NCBI GenBank assembly: GCA_951406725.2
Contig: OX597818.1
Location: 107,322,001 to 107,386,000, forward strand
Direction of reading: 5' to 3'
Length of the DNA stretch: 64,000 nucleotides
Origin: Octopus vulgaris
Lineage: Eukaryota
How positions within the stretch are numbered: position 1 is the stretch's first letter; each line of letters starts with the position of its first letter. The notes beneath the pieces are model-generated. The model had not been told where the DNA came from, did no database searches, and worked only from the letters and a program-made list of their open reading frames with translations. A program made the translations under genes and the position numbers. Positions 13,665-25,480 of this stretch are shown piece by piece.

Positions 13665-14002
13665 AATTTAAAATTAAGGATAAAATCTTTATAAGAAATT
13701 ATCAGTAGTTAGCGTGAAAAACCTCGTAAGAGAAAAAATCTGTAAATTTTTCCACTTTGAAAATATTTATTTATATTATATAGAGGGTACTATTATTCAT
13801 AGGTACCGCATGCTAGGAGGGACCTTTGCAGTCAAAACTACTAAAATAAATTTGTTTATTTTAGTAGTTTTGACTGCAAAGGTCCCTCCTAGCATGCGGT
13901 ACCTATGAATAATAGTACCCTCTATTTGTGGAGAATGGCGATTTGACGTCTATATCTAGCATGTTGACTGTCCACCTTTTCGTGTTCAGTCCTTAATTGG
14001 TA
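13662..14002. mobile_element. TA-flanked element with perfect 71-bp inverted duplication (probable PLE pseudo-LTR)
   Basis: 13780-13850 is the exact reverse complement of 13855-13925 (loop TTTG); unique extensions on both sides; (TA)n flanks. Confidence 0.6.
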
Positions 14003-14035
14003 TATATATATATATATATATATACACATACATAT

Positions 14036-14515
14036 ATCATCATTTAATGGGTTGGATGGTCTGACAGCTGCTGCTCCATGCTTCACAGTCTTTTGACCAA
14101 GTTTTTACTGTTGGATGTCCTTCCTAACTCTATAGAGTGGGCTGAGTGCAAGGTTAGTCTTGGCATGGATTTTACAGCTGGATGCCCTTCCAAATGACAA
14201 CCACTCTGAGAGTGTGGACTGGACACTTTTTAAGTGGCACCAGCAAAGTTACTTGGTGACCCTGAAAGTGCTGGTTCCATTTAAAAAGCACCTAGTCCAC
14301 TGTCTCTGAGATGGGAGGGGGCATTGGAGGAGGTGATTTTGTGTCAGATGGTGAAAGGTTACAGGGTGGGAGGAAGACAGAAACAGGTGTCATGCTGTGG
14401 AGGAGGTACGTGGTTACCCGGGGTGGGGGAGCAAGAGAAGGCAAAAGAAAGAGAGAGTAATTAAGGTTGAGGGCAGAAACAGGTGTACTGCTGTTGAGGG
14501 GTGGTTACCCAGTCA

Positions 14516-14546
<31 letters not shown>

Positions 14547-14780
14547 TGGGAGAGTAAGAGTGCAAGAGAGAGAGAGAGTGAGGAAGAGGGAGATAAATGG
14601 TGGCAGATGCCAGTGCATGCGTTCAAGATATGGAGGTCATAATATAGGTGGTAAGGTATTGCCAAGAAGGTGTGAGTAGAAAGTGGAGGTGAGAACCTAG
14701 GTGTAGAGAAGGGGTTGGGAAAGCAATGATACAGGGAGCAGGGTGGTGAGGATAGGATTGGGGAGTGGGAGGTAGTCATC
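14036..14780 (-). mobile_element. Degenerate RTE-derived non-autonomous element with purine-rich body
   Basis: catcatcatttaatggg...ggatgcccttccaaatgacaaccactctgagagtgtggactgg then a GA-rich segment; similar layout at 61989-62600. Confidence 0.55.
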
Positions 14781-14854
14781 TAGATATTAATCTGCTTGTT
14801 CCATTTGGTTATACATTAGTTCATATATATACACACACATGTATAAATGTATAT

Positions 14855-14953
14855 ATAGGGGGAGAACTCACAAAAAAAAACAAAAGATGAAGGCAGGTGG
14901 TGTAGACAACAAACAGTTGGATTAGCTTACCGCACGGTAAGTGAAAAGGTCTT

Positions 14954-14955
<2 letters not shown>
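14855..14955. mobile_element. Short TA-embedded fragment, probably PLE pseudo-LTR
   Basis: agggggagaactcacaaaa...attagcttaccgcacggtaagtgaaaaggtcttt between TA runs; layout resembles the part of 40211-40432 next to its HHR. Confidence 0.4.
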
Positions 14956-15005
<50 letters not shown>

Positions 15006-15024
15006 AATGTGTGTATCTATATGT

Positions 15025-15182
15025 AGGGCTTCTTTCACTTTCCATTTACCAAATCCACTTACAAGGCCAGTGGTTGGTTTGAGGCTATAGTAAAAGACAC
15101 TTACTGAAGGTACCATGTAGTGGGACTGAACCCAGAACCATGTGGTTGGGAAACAAACTTTTTACCAAACAGCTATGCCTTT
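15025..15182 (-). mobile_element. CORE-like tRNA SINE
   Basis: gggcttctttc...aaatccacttacaaggc...gtgggactgaacccagaaccatgtggttggg. Confidence 0.8.
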
Positions 15183-15439
15183 GCCTATTCATAATTGTTA
15201 TAAAAACAATATTTCGTTTAATGTATTGAGTACTTTCTGTTTTTTTGGCCTATGTACCACAGCTGATCATGTGTACACAAACATATATGCAAACATGTGC
15301 ATATGCATGCACACACACACACACACACACACAGAGGCACATATAGAGCAATGTTATAAGTTAACTGAATAAATAAATAATTCCCATCCTGCCAATGCAC
15401 TGTCAAGTGCTCCTTCTTCAGCGTTTTATACAAACGTGT

Positions 15440-15544
15440 GCATATATGAATGTGTATAGATATGTATGTATGTGTGTGTGCACATGTATGCATATGCATA
15501 TATATATATATATGTGTGTGTGTGTGTATATATATATATGTATG

Positions 15545-15601
<57 letters not shown>

Positions 15602-15652
15602 GTATGTGTGTGTATATATATATACATATATATATATATCTACATACATATA

Positions 15653-15691
<39 letters not shown>

Positions 15692-15800
15692 GTATATATA
15701 TATATATATATGTATATCGATGAACGATATACATACATATCATCATCATCATATATATATATATATATACGTATATATATGTATGTATATATATGTATGT

Positions 15801-15872
<72 letters not shown>

Positions 15873-15999
15873 CTATGCATACATGTGCACACACATACAT
15901 GTTTACCATTACATATACATCATATACATAGTTACAAACAAATGTGCATGTTTCTCTTTGTGCATATTTCCAAGCATGTATATATATATATATTTACAA

Positions 16000-16037
<38 letters not shown>

Positions 16038-16060
16038 CAGCATATATATATATATATATA
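15440..16060. repeat. Long compound (TA)/(TG)/(CA) microsatellite
   Basis: Direct; source of the overlapping low-complexity ORFs. Confidence 0.95.
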
Positions 16061-16578
16061 CCTAATAATTGCAATTTGCTCAAGGCAAAATTTTGTATTT
16101 ATTGCTATGTAAATCTTTAATATGTTTTATTCCTCAAGATATTTTTCTCTCTGTTATTTCTTATTTATTTCTTTTTCCCTTCAACTCTGTTCTGCTTTTA
16201 TCCACTAATAATCTGACTTTTGACATTTAGATTTGACTGAAAGAAAAACTAATTTTGTGTGGGAGCTATCTGAAGACTTCTTGCATTGAAGTGAAGAACT
16301 TAATAGAGTAATATTATCCATATACTGGCCTCAGGCAAAGCATGACACACCAGCTTCTGTGGAAAGTGACATTTTTACCTGATTTTACTCTTTCAACTGT
16401 AACAGGATTATGGAGTGTTGCTTCAGTTTCTCTGCACTGATTTCTTCCTACACACAGACACACTCACAAATGGACAGACAGACACACATATATATCTACT
16501 AATACAGACATGTATGAATGTATGTGTGTATGTGTGTGTGTGAGTGTATGTATAAATATATATATATATATATGTATA

Positions 16579-16745
16579 TAGTGCTGTCTTAAAACATGGG
16601 TAAACGGGTACTTACCTAGGAGATTCATAAGTCCACAGGCCCAATGGGGATCTATGCATGGTCTAATTTGCTGTCAATAAATATATTCTATAGGCCCCAG
16701 GGCATTTGTTTCCATGGTGGACTGTTATGCTCTTAAGAAAGACAT
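16579..16745. mobile_element. Possible hAT-type MITE
   Basis: Weak termini tagtgctgtcttaa ... ttaagaaagacat; no ORF. Confidence 0.3.
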
Positions 16746-16794
16746 ATCTATATCTGTCTATCTATCTGTCTGTCCATCTCTCTTTCTCTCTCAT

Positions 16795-17360
16795 TATCAT
16801 CATCATCATCATCGTTTAACGTCCGTTTTCCAAGCTAGCATGGATTGGATGGTTTGACCGGGGACTGGGAAGCCAGGAGGCTGCACCAGGCTCCAGTCTG
16901 ATTGGCTTTTTATGTGCCACCGACACAGGTGCCAGAGGAGGCAGACAATGGTCACAATCAGTAGGTGCTTTTTACATGCCACCAGCACGAGTATCACAAC
17001 TACAATTTCCATTTGGTTTTTATTTTGATGTTGATGTACTTGACTCAATAGGTTTCCTCAAGTACAGCTGGTCAGCCTACGATCCAAGGTACTTTTGAAT
17101 GGGTTGGGGCTGGTAATGCAAAACTGGTGTAGGTTACACCTGTGAACTCACTTTATTTGCTGGGTCTTCTCAGTTACAGTATATCTCCAGAGGTCTTGGT
17201 CTTTCGTCATTGTCTCTGTGAGGCCCAACTTTCGAAGGTCATACATCACCACTTCATCCCATATCTTCCTGGGTCTACCTCCACCCCAGATTCCTTCAAC
17301 TGTTTGGGAATGGCACTTCACACATCTTTCCTCATCCATCCATAGTACGTGACAATACCT
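16795..17360 (-). mobile_element. 5'-truncated RTE LINE (ORF C-terminus, 3'UTR, tail)
   Basis: ORF 17148-17366: GRPRKIWDEVVMYDLRKLGLTETMTKDQDLWRYTVTEKT, a typical RTE C-terminus; (CAT)n at 16795. Confidence 0.88.
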
Positions 17361-17371
17361 GCACAAACGTC

Positions 17372-18232
17372 TCTGACCATATCGGATCCAAATATTCTAC
17401 CAGTTTTATATTCAAACTGGTGAGATCCAGCTTCTCACACCTACCCTACAATGTCATTCTAAACATATTTGGCAGTCATACTGCCAAAATGTAAAAGCTA
17501 TGAGATAATGCATGATTAATCCAAAATCATCATCATCATCGTCATTTAACGTCCTCTTTCCTTGTTGGCATGGGTTGGACAGTTTGAGTGAGGAATAGTG
17601 AGACAGAAGGCTGCACCAGGCTCAGTCTGATCTGGCAAAGTTTCTACAGCTGGATGCCCTTCCTAACGCCATCTACTTCAAGAATGTAGTGGGTGCTTTT
17701 ACGTTCCACCGACATGAGGGTCAGTCAGGCAGTACTAGCAACGACCATGCTCAAAAGGTGTTTTTTACATGCTATATGCATGGAAGCCAGCTCAGCGGCA
17801 CTGGCAATGACCACACTCGAATGTTGTTTTTCACATACCACCGGCACTTGTTCCAGCAAGGTGACTTTGACAACAATCACACCCAAATGGTGCTTTTTAC
17901 ATGCCACCAGCATGGGAGCCAATCTGTGGCCCAGGCCAGATGTACTTTTAACATTCCACTGGCACAAGTGCCAATCAGGTGGTACTGTCATCGACCACGT
18001 CAGTGATTTTGACTTTGATTTTACTTGCCTCAATAGGTCTTAGCAAGCAAAGTTTATTGTCCAATGAATGAAGGGTATTCATAAGTGGTTGGTTACGCCC
18101 ACTGGCATAGGCCATGGGCTATGGTCTCACTTGGCTTGTTGGGTCTTCTCAAGCACAGCATATCTCCAAAGGTTTATGATGGGAATAAATAAGCATTACA
18201 TTTGAAAAGGTGATTTGAATGCTGAAGGATTG
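17372..18232. mobile_element. piggyBac-type MITE split by an RTE-derived insertion
   Basis: 17372-17527 and 18180-18232 are consecutive halves of the MITE intact at 29337-29564. Confidence 0.7.
17528..18175 (-). mobile_element. RTE 3'UTR-derived element with internal minisatellite
   Basis: (CAT)n tail at 17528; repeated ggtgctttttacatgccaccagca units; ends at the ORF-proximal ggtcttctcaagcacagcatatctccaaagg. Confidence 0.85.
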
Positions 18233-18239
18233 AAAATTC

Positions 18240-18850
18240 GCTGGTCTGTCAATGAGAATTTGGAATAAGAGCAGAGTAAAAGTGAAGACAGAAGTTGCAC
18301 TATTCAGAGCATCCTTAGCACTGCAGTATGGCAGTAAGACGTGGAGCATCTGCAACAGGGCAGAAAAATGTTCCAATGCCTTGCACCTCTGTTGCCTGAG
18401 ATGGACCCTTAATATCAAGTGAAATGACCAGGTTACCAACAATAAGGTCTTGGTCCATGCATGGGGATCTACATTCCTCATCCTATTGTAGAAATGATGT
18501 CTCCACAGGCAAAACCTTATGTACCACATATCAAGTGGGAGATTCCTAAAAGACCTGCAGTACAGGGATCTGGCCACCAGCAAGAGAACCCAAGGTCACC
18601 CTTGTCATGTTTCAAACATGTCTTTAAGATAGGCATGAAGTCTTTTTTACATGAAGGTTGAATTTTGGAGATGGTTGCTGATGATAAATTCCTGCTTGAG
18701 ACTAGAGATAGGAGACTAGGGTTAGGTAAGGGTTTAAAATCACGAAAGAAGGGCCTGAGGTTTGCTGAAGAAAAGAAAAGCAAGATTGATGGAAACATTA
18801 AGGGAAAATTGGATGGTATGAATTTCGTGAGTAGGTTGTTCCGTTGATTA
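18240..18850 (+). mobile_element. Decayed RTE (BovB-like) LINE C-terminal region
   Basis: RIWNKSRVKVKT...LQYGSKTW...LHLCCLRWTLNIK*NDQVTNNKVL...KDLQYRDLATSKRTQGHP matches RTE post-RT motifs. Confidence 0.75.
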
Positions 18851-19231
18851 GAACAACTGAAACTCTTGTAATTGTAACCAACAGTGCCAGGCCAAAGTCA
18901 AGGCTGCCATCCAATGACTGAAACTAGTAACAATAAAAGAACATGTAACGCATAAGTCTGTGTATGTGTGTGTGTATGTGTATATGTGTGTGTGTATGTA
19001 TATGTATGTATATGTGTGTATATATGTGTGAGTGTATGCGTATGCATGTGGCTATGTGATCTGTGTGTATGTGTATGCTTATGTACCTGAGTCCATTTTT
19101 ACCAGGTTGGCTTTTATTTGTTAACTTGCACATTTGTATCTGTCCCTTTTGTTGAGTCAGGGCCAAGGTCGCTCACTCTCTCTCTCTCTCTCTTTCTCTT
19201 TTACTTTAATGACTTCTCTCTCCCCTTCAGT

Positions 19232-19268
<37 letters not shown>

Positions 19269-19940
19269 CACCATTTCTCTCCCTTCTCTTCTCTCTCTCT
19301 CTCTCTCACTGTAAATTTCCATTTTTTTCTCTTTCTGGTCTTGCAGCCTTCGGCATTCAAATTCATTCTTTCAGCAGAAAAAAGAACTCACTGTTTGGGG
19401 AGTGCAGCCTCCATACATGGCGGATGGAAAGACTGTTGTCATGGAGACATGGAGAAGAGGAAAAGGAAGGAAACAACGGAAATATTTAGCAGAGTGACTG
19501 ACTGACAGAAGACAGACATATTGGGAGATAGTTACAAGTTATACAGAAACAACCAAAAGTTACACTCATACAGCCCTACACATACATACATACACACATA
19601 CACACACATACACATACCTACATACACACATACACACATATACACATACCTACATACACACATACCTACCTACACACTCATGCGTACACTCACAGATTCA
19701 TTCTTATGCAAGAATATCCATGGCAAATATGTGTCTGTTCTTGCATGTCTATTAGATTACAATATTTTAGCTCTAGGGTATTGGACCTTCTCCATTGCAT
19801 AAAAGTAGAACCAAAAAGATGTATCAATAGGTAATGTGTACCCGTGGCTATGTATTATGTGTGTGAGTGTATATATGTATATATGTATATATATATCTTT
19901 ATCTATATCTGCTTATCTATCAAGATATATATGTGTGTGT

Positions 19941-20053
19941 ATCATCATCATCATCATCATCATCATCGTCATTGTTTAACGTCTGCTTTCCATGCTGGCA
20001 TGGGTTGGACGGTTTGACTGAGGACTGGTAAGCCAGAAGGTTGCACCAGGCTC
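19941..20053 (-). mobile_element. RTE 3'-end fragment
   Basis: (CAT)n then gtttaacgtctgctttccatgctggcatgggttggacgg. Confidence 0.8.
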
Positions 20054-20359
20054 ATATATATGTATAAATGTTTGCTCATATTGAACAGTGAAAATGAGTG
20101 CTCAACACTGCATTGGTAGATAAATATTCTTTAATTGTGGTTTAACAAAGTTATCAATGGTTTTATGTAGCGAGAAATTTCTCAAAAATTATCAATGCTG
20201 CACCATGGAAACGTTGGTGCTCCTCTCCATCTTGGTATTTTTATCCAAAATGTTGATGAGTGCCATTTGCATGAGGCAGGCAGCTTGATAATCGTTGAGA
20301 GACTTTTCCCTCTACATGAAACCATCAGTAGCCTTGTTAAGCCAAAACTAAAAAATATG

Positions 20360-20401
<42 letters not shown>

Positions 20402-20405
<4 letters not shown>

Positions 20406-20568
20406 GAAAAAAAAGTCAAGGTAGAAAATGCTAAAATAATTTTATAAAAAACATTTCTGCACTGATTTCAGTCATTGAGACTTTTTCAACTGTAAAGTAC
20501 GGAAAACAATTAAATTTGGAAAAATTAAAAGAAAAGTTTTTTAAAAGAATATTTGCATAGTATACAAG
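20402..20568 (-). mobile_element. TA-adjacent fragment, probable PLE pseudo-LTR with decayed HHR-like motif
   Basis: Minus strand 20457-20492: cag-ttgaaaa-agtc-tcaat-gact-gaaa-tcagt; stem II and GAAA present, core non-canonical. Confidence 0.35.
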
Positions 20569-20958
20569 AGGCATTTTCCTTGTTTCTGCCTGTCTCTGTC
20601 TCTCTCTTGTTTACATCGTCTTTTATTTAGAAGGCAGAGAATGAGTTGTGACAAATTTAGCTGCTTTTTTCACACAGACTCTTTTCTCTAATTGATAAAT
20701 GTTTGCAATATAAGAACAGAGCCTGATATGAGGGCAAAGGACATAGCCAATTATGTTATACCAAGGAATTGTTATTGACTCTCTCTCTCTCTCTTTGTTT
20801 ATATATGCGTGTTTGTTTCCTTATTAAAAACATTGTTTCACTCCCACTCTCTCTTTGTGTGTCTTTTTTCTTATGTGTAATATTTCAATATCATTCTATC
20901 TTTCTGCCCATATGTTTTTTTTGTGTGTGTGTGTGAGTGAGTGTGTGTGTGTGTGTGT

Positions 20959-21001
<43 letters not shown>

Positions 21002-21095
21002 TGTGTGTGTTTGAGGGCCCTTCAGCATCAAAATGTCTGTCACCAATAAAAAGTCATTTCTGAAACCTTTTTAGCATCCTGTTGCTTATTTTGAT

Positions 21096-21129
<34 letters not shown>

Positions 21130-21134
<5 letters not shown>

Positions 21135-21372
21135 TAAATAAAACATATGCATATATATAAACATATATGTACGTACCTACCTCTACATGTACATATACAC
21201 GCATATATGAGTACAGGACACCAAAAAGACGTCGAACACAATGAGAAACGAAAACATAGACACAAACCCAAGGAACTGGACATTTTTTTAAACAACAACA
21301 AAAAATAGAGTACAGGACAATTAACACAAAGAAAAAACCCCTTCTTCAGTCGCTATGGTTTCATCTTTACAT
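21130..21372 (-). mobile_element. TA-embedded fragment, probable PLE pseudo-LTR
   Basis: Internal direct repeat gagtacaggaca (twice) and a half-core ctgaagaagggg on minus; flanked by TA/TACA runs. Confidence 0.35.
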
Positions 21373-21860
21373 ATGTATATATAAATGCACATGCACATAT
21401 ATACACACACACATATATACATATACACATACACATGCATACATATGTATATACATATCTCTTTGTGCAAGTGTGTATGTACATATGTATGTATACAATG
21501 CCCAATTTTACCAATGAATTTTGCACATACTAGTTAGGGGAAACCTCATCTGCTGCACTCATCAGAAGAACTCGAACGAAGAGTACAGTGATAGTTTTTG
21601 GCAAGTGGGGCTCAGAATGTGTCGTCCCATCCAGTTTGTATGCAAAAATCCATTGATTGGAATGGATCTATTACACCGTATTGTATAAATATTGATAGAA
21701 CCAGTCTCTTGACAAATAAACCAGTGCCAGTTTTTTTTTCTGATTTATGGATCCTTAGACAACTTTCTCTCCCCACCTCTCTCTTGCTCTCTCTCTCTCT
21801 CTCTCTCCGTATACATACATACATACATGCATGCATGCATGCATACATACATACATACAT

Positions 21861-21913
<53 letters not shown>

Positions 21914-22748
21914 ATGTGTGTATGTATGTATATATGTATATGTACATACAGAGAAAGAGAGAGTATGGTTGAGATAGGTAGATAGATAGATTGATCAGTG
22001 TATATGCAAGTCTATGTTTGTGAGAGTCCATGAAAATGAAGTTATAAATGTAAAATCAGAAAATTTTAATGCTCTGAAGCACTCGTTTTCTAGATTTAAC
22101 TCTAGTCAAGCTAGATTAATTTAGACAGTGTGTGCACCACACAAAAGATAAAGTTAAATGTTTGGGAAAATCAAACAGAAAATATTTGATGATTGTGGTC
22201 GATATATTGTTAAAGTTATTTCTAATTCTACAAAGTGTCATCTGGTTACTCTTTGTTAAGTTGTCTTTCTCAAATATTAAAAACGTTTAAGTTTAGGTAT
22301 GCACTACTTTTCGATAATATTTGATGTCATCAGAGAAGTAAGCTACAACATAGAGTTTCTGTTTGCTAGGATACATTATTCAACTTGTAGATTGAAATAT
22401 AAAATACAATTGAATTGACAATACAAACTGGCAAACACTAGTTCGAACAACAGACTAAATAACAACCAGGTGAAAATATTAGTCTAGTGCTTAACCAGAG
22501 AATGGTGACTGTATTACCAAATTGTGGTATTGATTACACAAAGTATCACTAATGGTTATTGTGCAAACATGATTCCAAGTAAATAACTCAATCTTTTAGA
22601 TCTTTGGCCAAATAATCTAGACAGCAAGTATATTCATTCCTAATCTTTAAAGTTGCCAAAAAAAAAAAGAGAAAAACAAAAGATTCCAAAATAAAGAAGA
22701 AAAAAATCACAGACCAAGAAAACTATACAAAAAAATAAAAAAATAAAC

Positions 22749-22783
<35 letters not shown>

Positions 22784-22799
22784 GTGGTAAATAAGCCAA

Positions 22800-23340
22800 C
22801 CAAGTGAGTAAATAATTTGATTAGGCATTCATGATAGATTCAAACATTTCTAGACAGACAAGAGCCTTAGTTTCCCATCTTAAACATTTCATGGGTTTTA
22901 CAAAAGATTGGGAAAATTTAAATAACAAGAACAAAACTCTGAATAACAGTATAGATAAAAATGAATGTTATGATTAATATATACAAATAGTGTTCTTCAG
23001 TTTTGGTTTTATTTATTGTTGGCAAAATTCCATTGGACCAAAGACATAAAAAAATAATTTCGTAAAAAATATGAGGGATTGTAGCAACGATAAAAGCCAC
23101 TTGATTTTTGTTTAAGATGATTCAGAATGGTAGAAGAGATAACATCTGTGTTTGGTTGAAGGAGACATTGGAATTCTGTTGGTTTGTTTTTACCTTCTGG
23201 TGTATTTGGAAGTTTCTTTGTCTACTGAGAATAATTCTCCCTTCACAATCCTTGTTTAAAAAACTGAAAGAAAGAGCTCAAGAAATGATATTCTTTTCCA
23301 TTTGTGTCTTCAAATTTCTTGTTTTGTTATTGTGAAAAAG
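22800..23340 (+). mobile_element. Possible L1/Tx1-type LINE C-terminal relic
   Basis: Frame contains FWCIWK, resembling the WxIWxxRN motif of L1/Tx1 ORF2 ends; otherwise heavily decayed. Confidence 0.3.
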
Positions 23341-23779
23341 ACAATGAGCAGCAAACTAAAATTTGAAGGTTTTTAATAATTTTGGAAAGTTGGGTGAGAA
23401 AATATCATTGCATATTGGTTAGTTTTGTTTTTTCTTTATGATAATGTATATGAGGGAGATAATAATAAAGTGCCAAAGTTTTGAGAAGTTCTATAAACAA
23501 ACATATTTAGCTGGAAAAGATAAAGTCAGACAAACTGATTTGATGGGAAAAACAGTTTCAAGCAATTGTCAAATTAACTGATGATAAAAGAAATGAAAAT
23601 CTATACAAGATATCATTTTTACCTCTCAGGTGTGTGTGTTTCCATTTATTGTCTCTTGTGTGTATCATCATTTAACATCCATTGTTCTTGTTGGCATTGG
23701 TTGGACACTATGTGTGTGTGTGTGTGTGTGTACATACACACACAAACACACACAATATACACATATACATACATGTACC

Positions 23780-23815
23780 AATCCAGCATGTAAAACGGAT
23801 GTTGAATGATGATGA

Positions 23816-23854
<39 letters not shown>

Positions 23855-23895
23855 TGGTGGTGGTGGTGGTGGTGGTGGTGATGATGATGATGACA
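23780..23895 (+). repeat. RTE-type 3' terminus expanded into (GAT)n/(GGT)n
   Basis: ccagcatgtaaaacggatgttgaatgatgatg then triplet runs. Confidence 0.8.
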
Positions 23896-23984
23896 AAATA
23901 CATAGTGGATGTTGTGTGTCCAAATAGATGTATGACTGCTACTGTAAAGTTTAAAGTTCTACATAGAATATCATTGTCCAGTCT

Positions 23985-24475
23985 GCTTCCAGTGTTGAAG
24001 CAAGAACTCTACTGAGTAGCATTCCTAGAGCAAATGTAGGAGAATGTTTGATGCCATCTGCTATGTCGGTGATGAAAATAAAGAAGAGGACTGGGTCTAA
24101 CACAGTACCTTGTGGGACACCACTACTGACTTTGGCTGAGCTGGATCGGATTCCCTCAAACACAACATGGTGGGTTCTGTTTGTCGGGTAACACTTTATC
24201 CACTGCAGCAGCTTTCCACTCCGGTGTTGGACAGTTTCTTCAGCAGGTATTTGTGGGCCACTCTGTCAAATGCCTTGCTAAAATCAAGGTATATGACGTC
24301 AGTGTTTGGAGCCCTATTCCAACACTTTTAAGATGTCATCAAAATGGTGCAGCAGCTGCAACAGGCAGTCCCTGCCATCACAGAAACCATGCTGGTTGGG
24401 GTTTGGCAGATTGTTGTCTTTGAGGAAGTGAGTTATTTGCGATCTCACCACTCTCTCAAATACATTAACGATAAG
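23985..24475 (-). mobile_element. CR1/Jockey-group LINE reverse transcriptase fragment
   Basis: NPNQHGFCDGRDCLLQLLHHFDDI, DVIYLDFSKAFDRV, VSSGVPQGTVLDPVLFFIFITDI: hallmark CR1-group RT motifs with stops. Confidence 0.9.
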
Positions 24476-25337
24476 GAAGTGAGTGAAGTCGGAGAGTAGT
24501 TCACTGCAAGAGATTTGCTTCCCTTTCTGAAGACTGGAACGACATGAATGTATTAAAGTAATAAAGAACGACGCTGTGTGCTTCTTCATATATATGAATA
24601 CACACACATTTATCTGCTTATAGGCCATAAAAAGTCAGGAAGTAAGAGAGGTAAATACATTTATTTAACCACTTGTCATCCTTGGGATTTTGGCTGTTTT
24701 GCAGCCTTCATCATGCAATAAGAATTTCAGTGTCGAATAAACTCTGTTTGCATACCTGTATTCATATGGACATGAAAATATTATTATACGCTGGATACAA
24801 CAAGGATTAGAAGTCATTGCAAAGTATGACAAACTTTAGTGATTGAGATGTTAAGATACTTCGCACCTGATAGCCACAAGTTCAAATCCTGTGATTGCTT
24901 CCTGTGTTACGTGATTTCTTTTAATTATTTAGTTATAAGAAAGGGACAGAGTCCCTGACACTGCAGAACCTTTCTAACTAGTTATGGTGATATATTTAAT
25001 TTACAAATTGAACTTGTGTAAGTAGATATCTGCAAAAAAAAAACAACATTTTTATAGGAAGAGAACTGCAGGCGGCTGATACTCTAAGGAGTAATGGTAG
25101 GGAACAATGCATCTTCTGTATGAAGATCAATGATTAATCAATGCTCGCTGATCAGATGGGTGGCAATATTTTGCAGGGAGTCTAGAATACTTGTATCTAA
25201 TCAAATCTGAAGTATTTTCTGGCCTTTAACAAGTCTTGTATGTAGGTTGATGGTGGAGGGGAATGACAAGGAAAATTTCTCAAAAATTGAGGTCTGAAAT
25301 TTGTTGCAACTTTGAGGGGTTTTCGTCAAATACCCTA

Positions 25338-25480
25338 ATGATTAGGGTTTTGCCCTCACAGTCACTAAACCATAGGTTTGATTCCCAGTCTGAGTCGTGC
25401 ATTGTGTTCTTGAACAAAATGCTTTATTTCACATTGCTCCAGTCCACTCGGCTATAAATGTGTGACCCTACAATAGACTG
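25338..25480 (+). mobile_element. Degenerate tRNA SINE (32128 family)
   Basis: ggtttgattccc B-box, ttgtgttcttgaacaaaatgctttatttcacattgctccagtccactc. Confidence 0.65.

Noticed and set aside
20457-20492. Active hammerhead variant with TTGAAAA core
   Set aside because: Core deviates at two positions, the cleavage position is G and stem I does not pair; kept only as a decayed relic.
21550-21570. CTGATGAG on the minus strand
   Set aside because: No downstream GAAA or stems.
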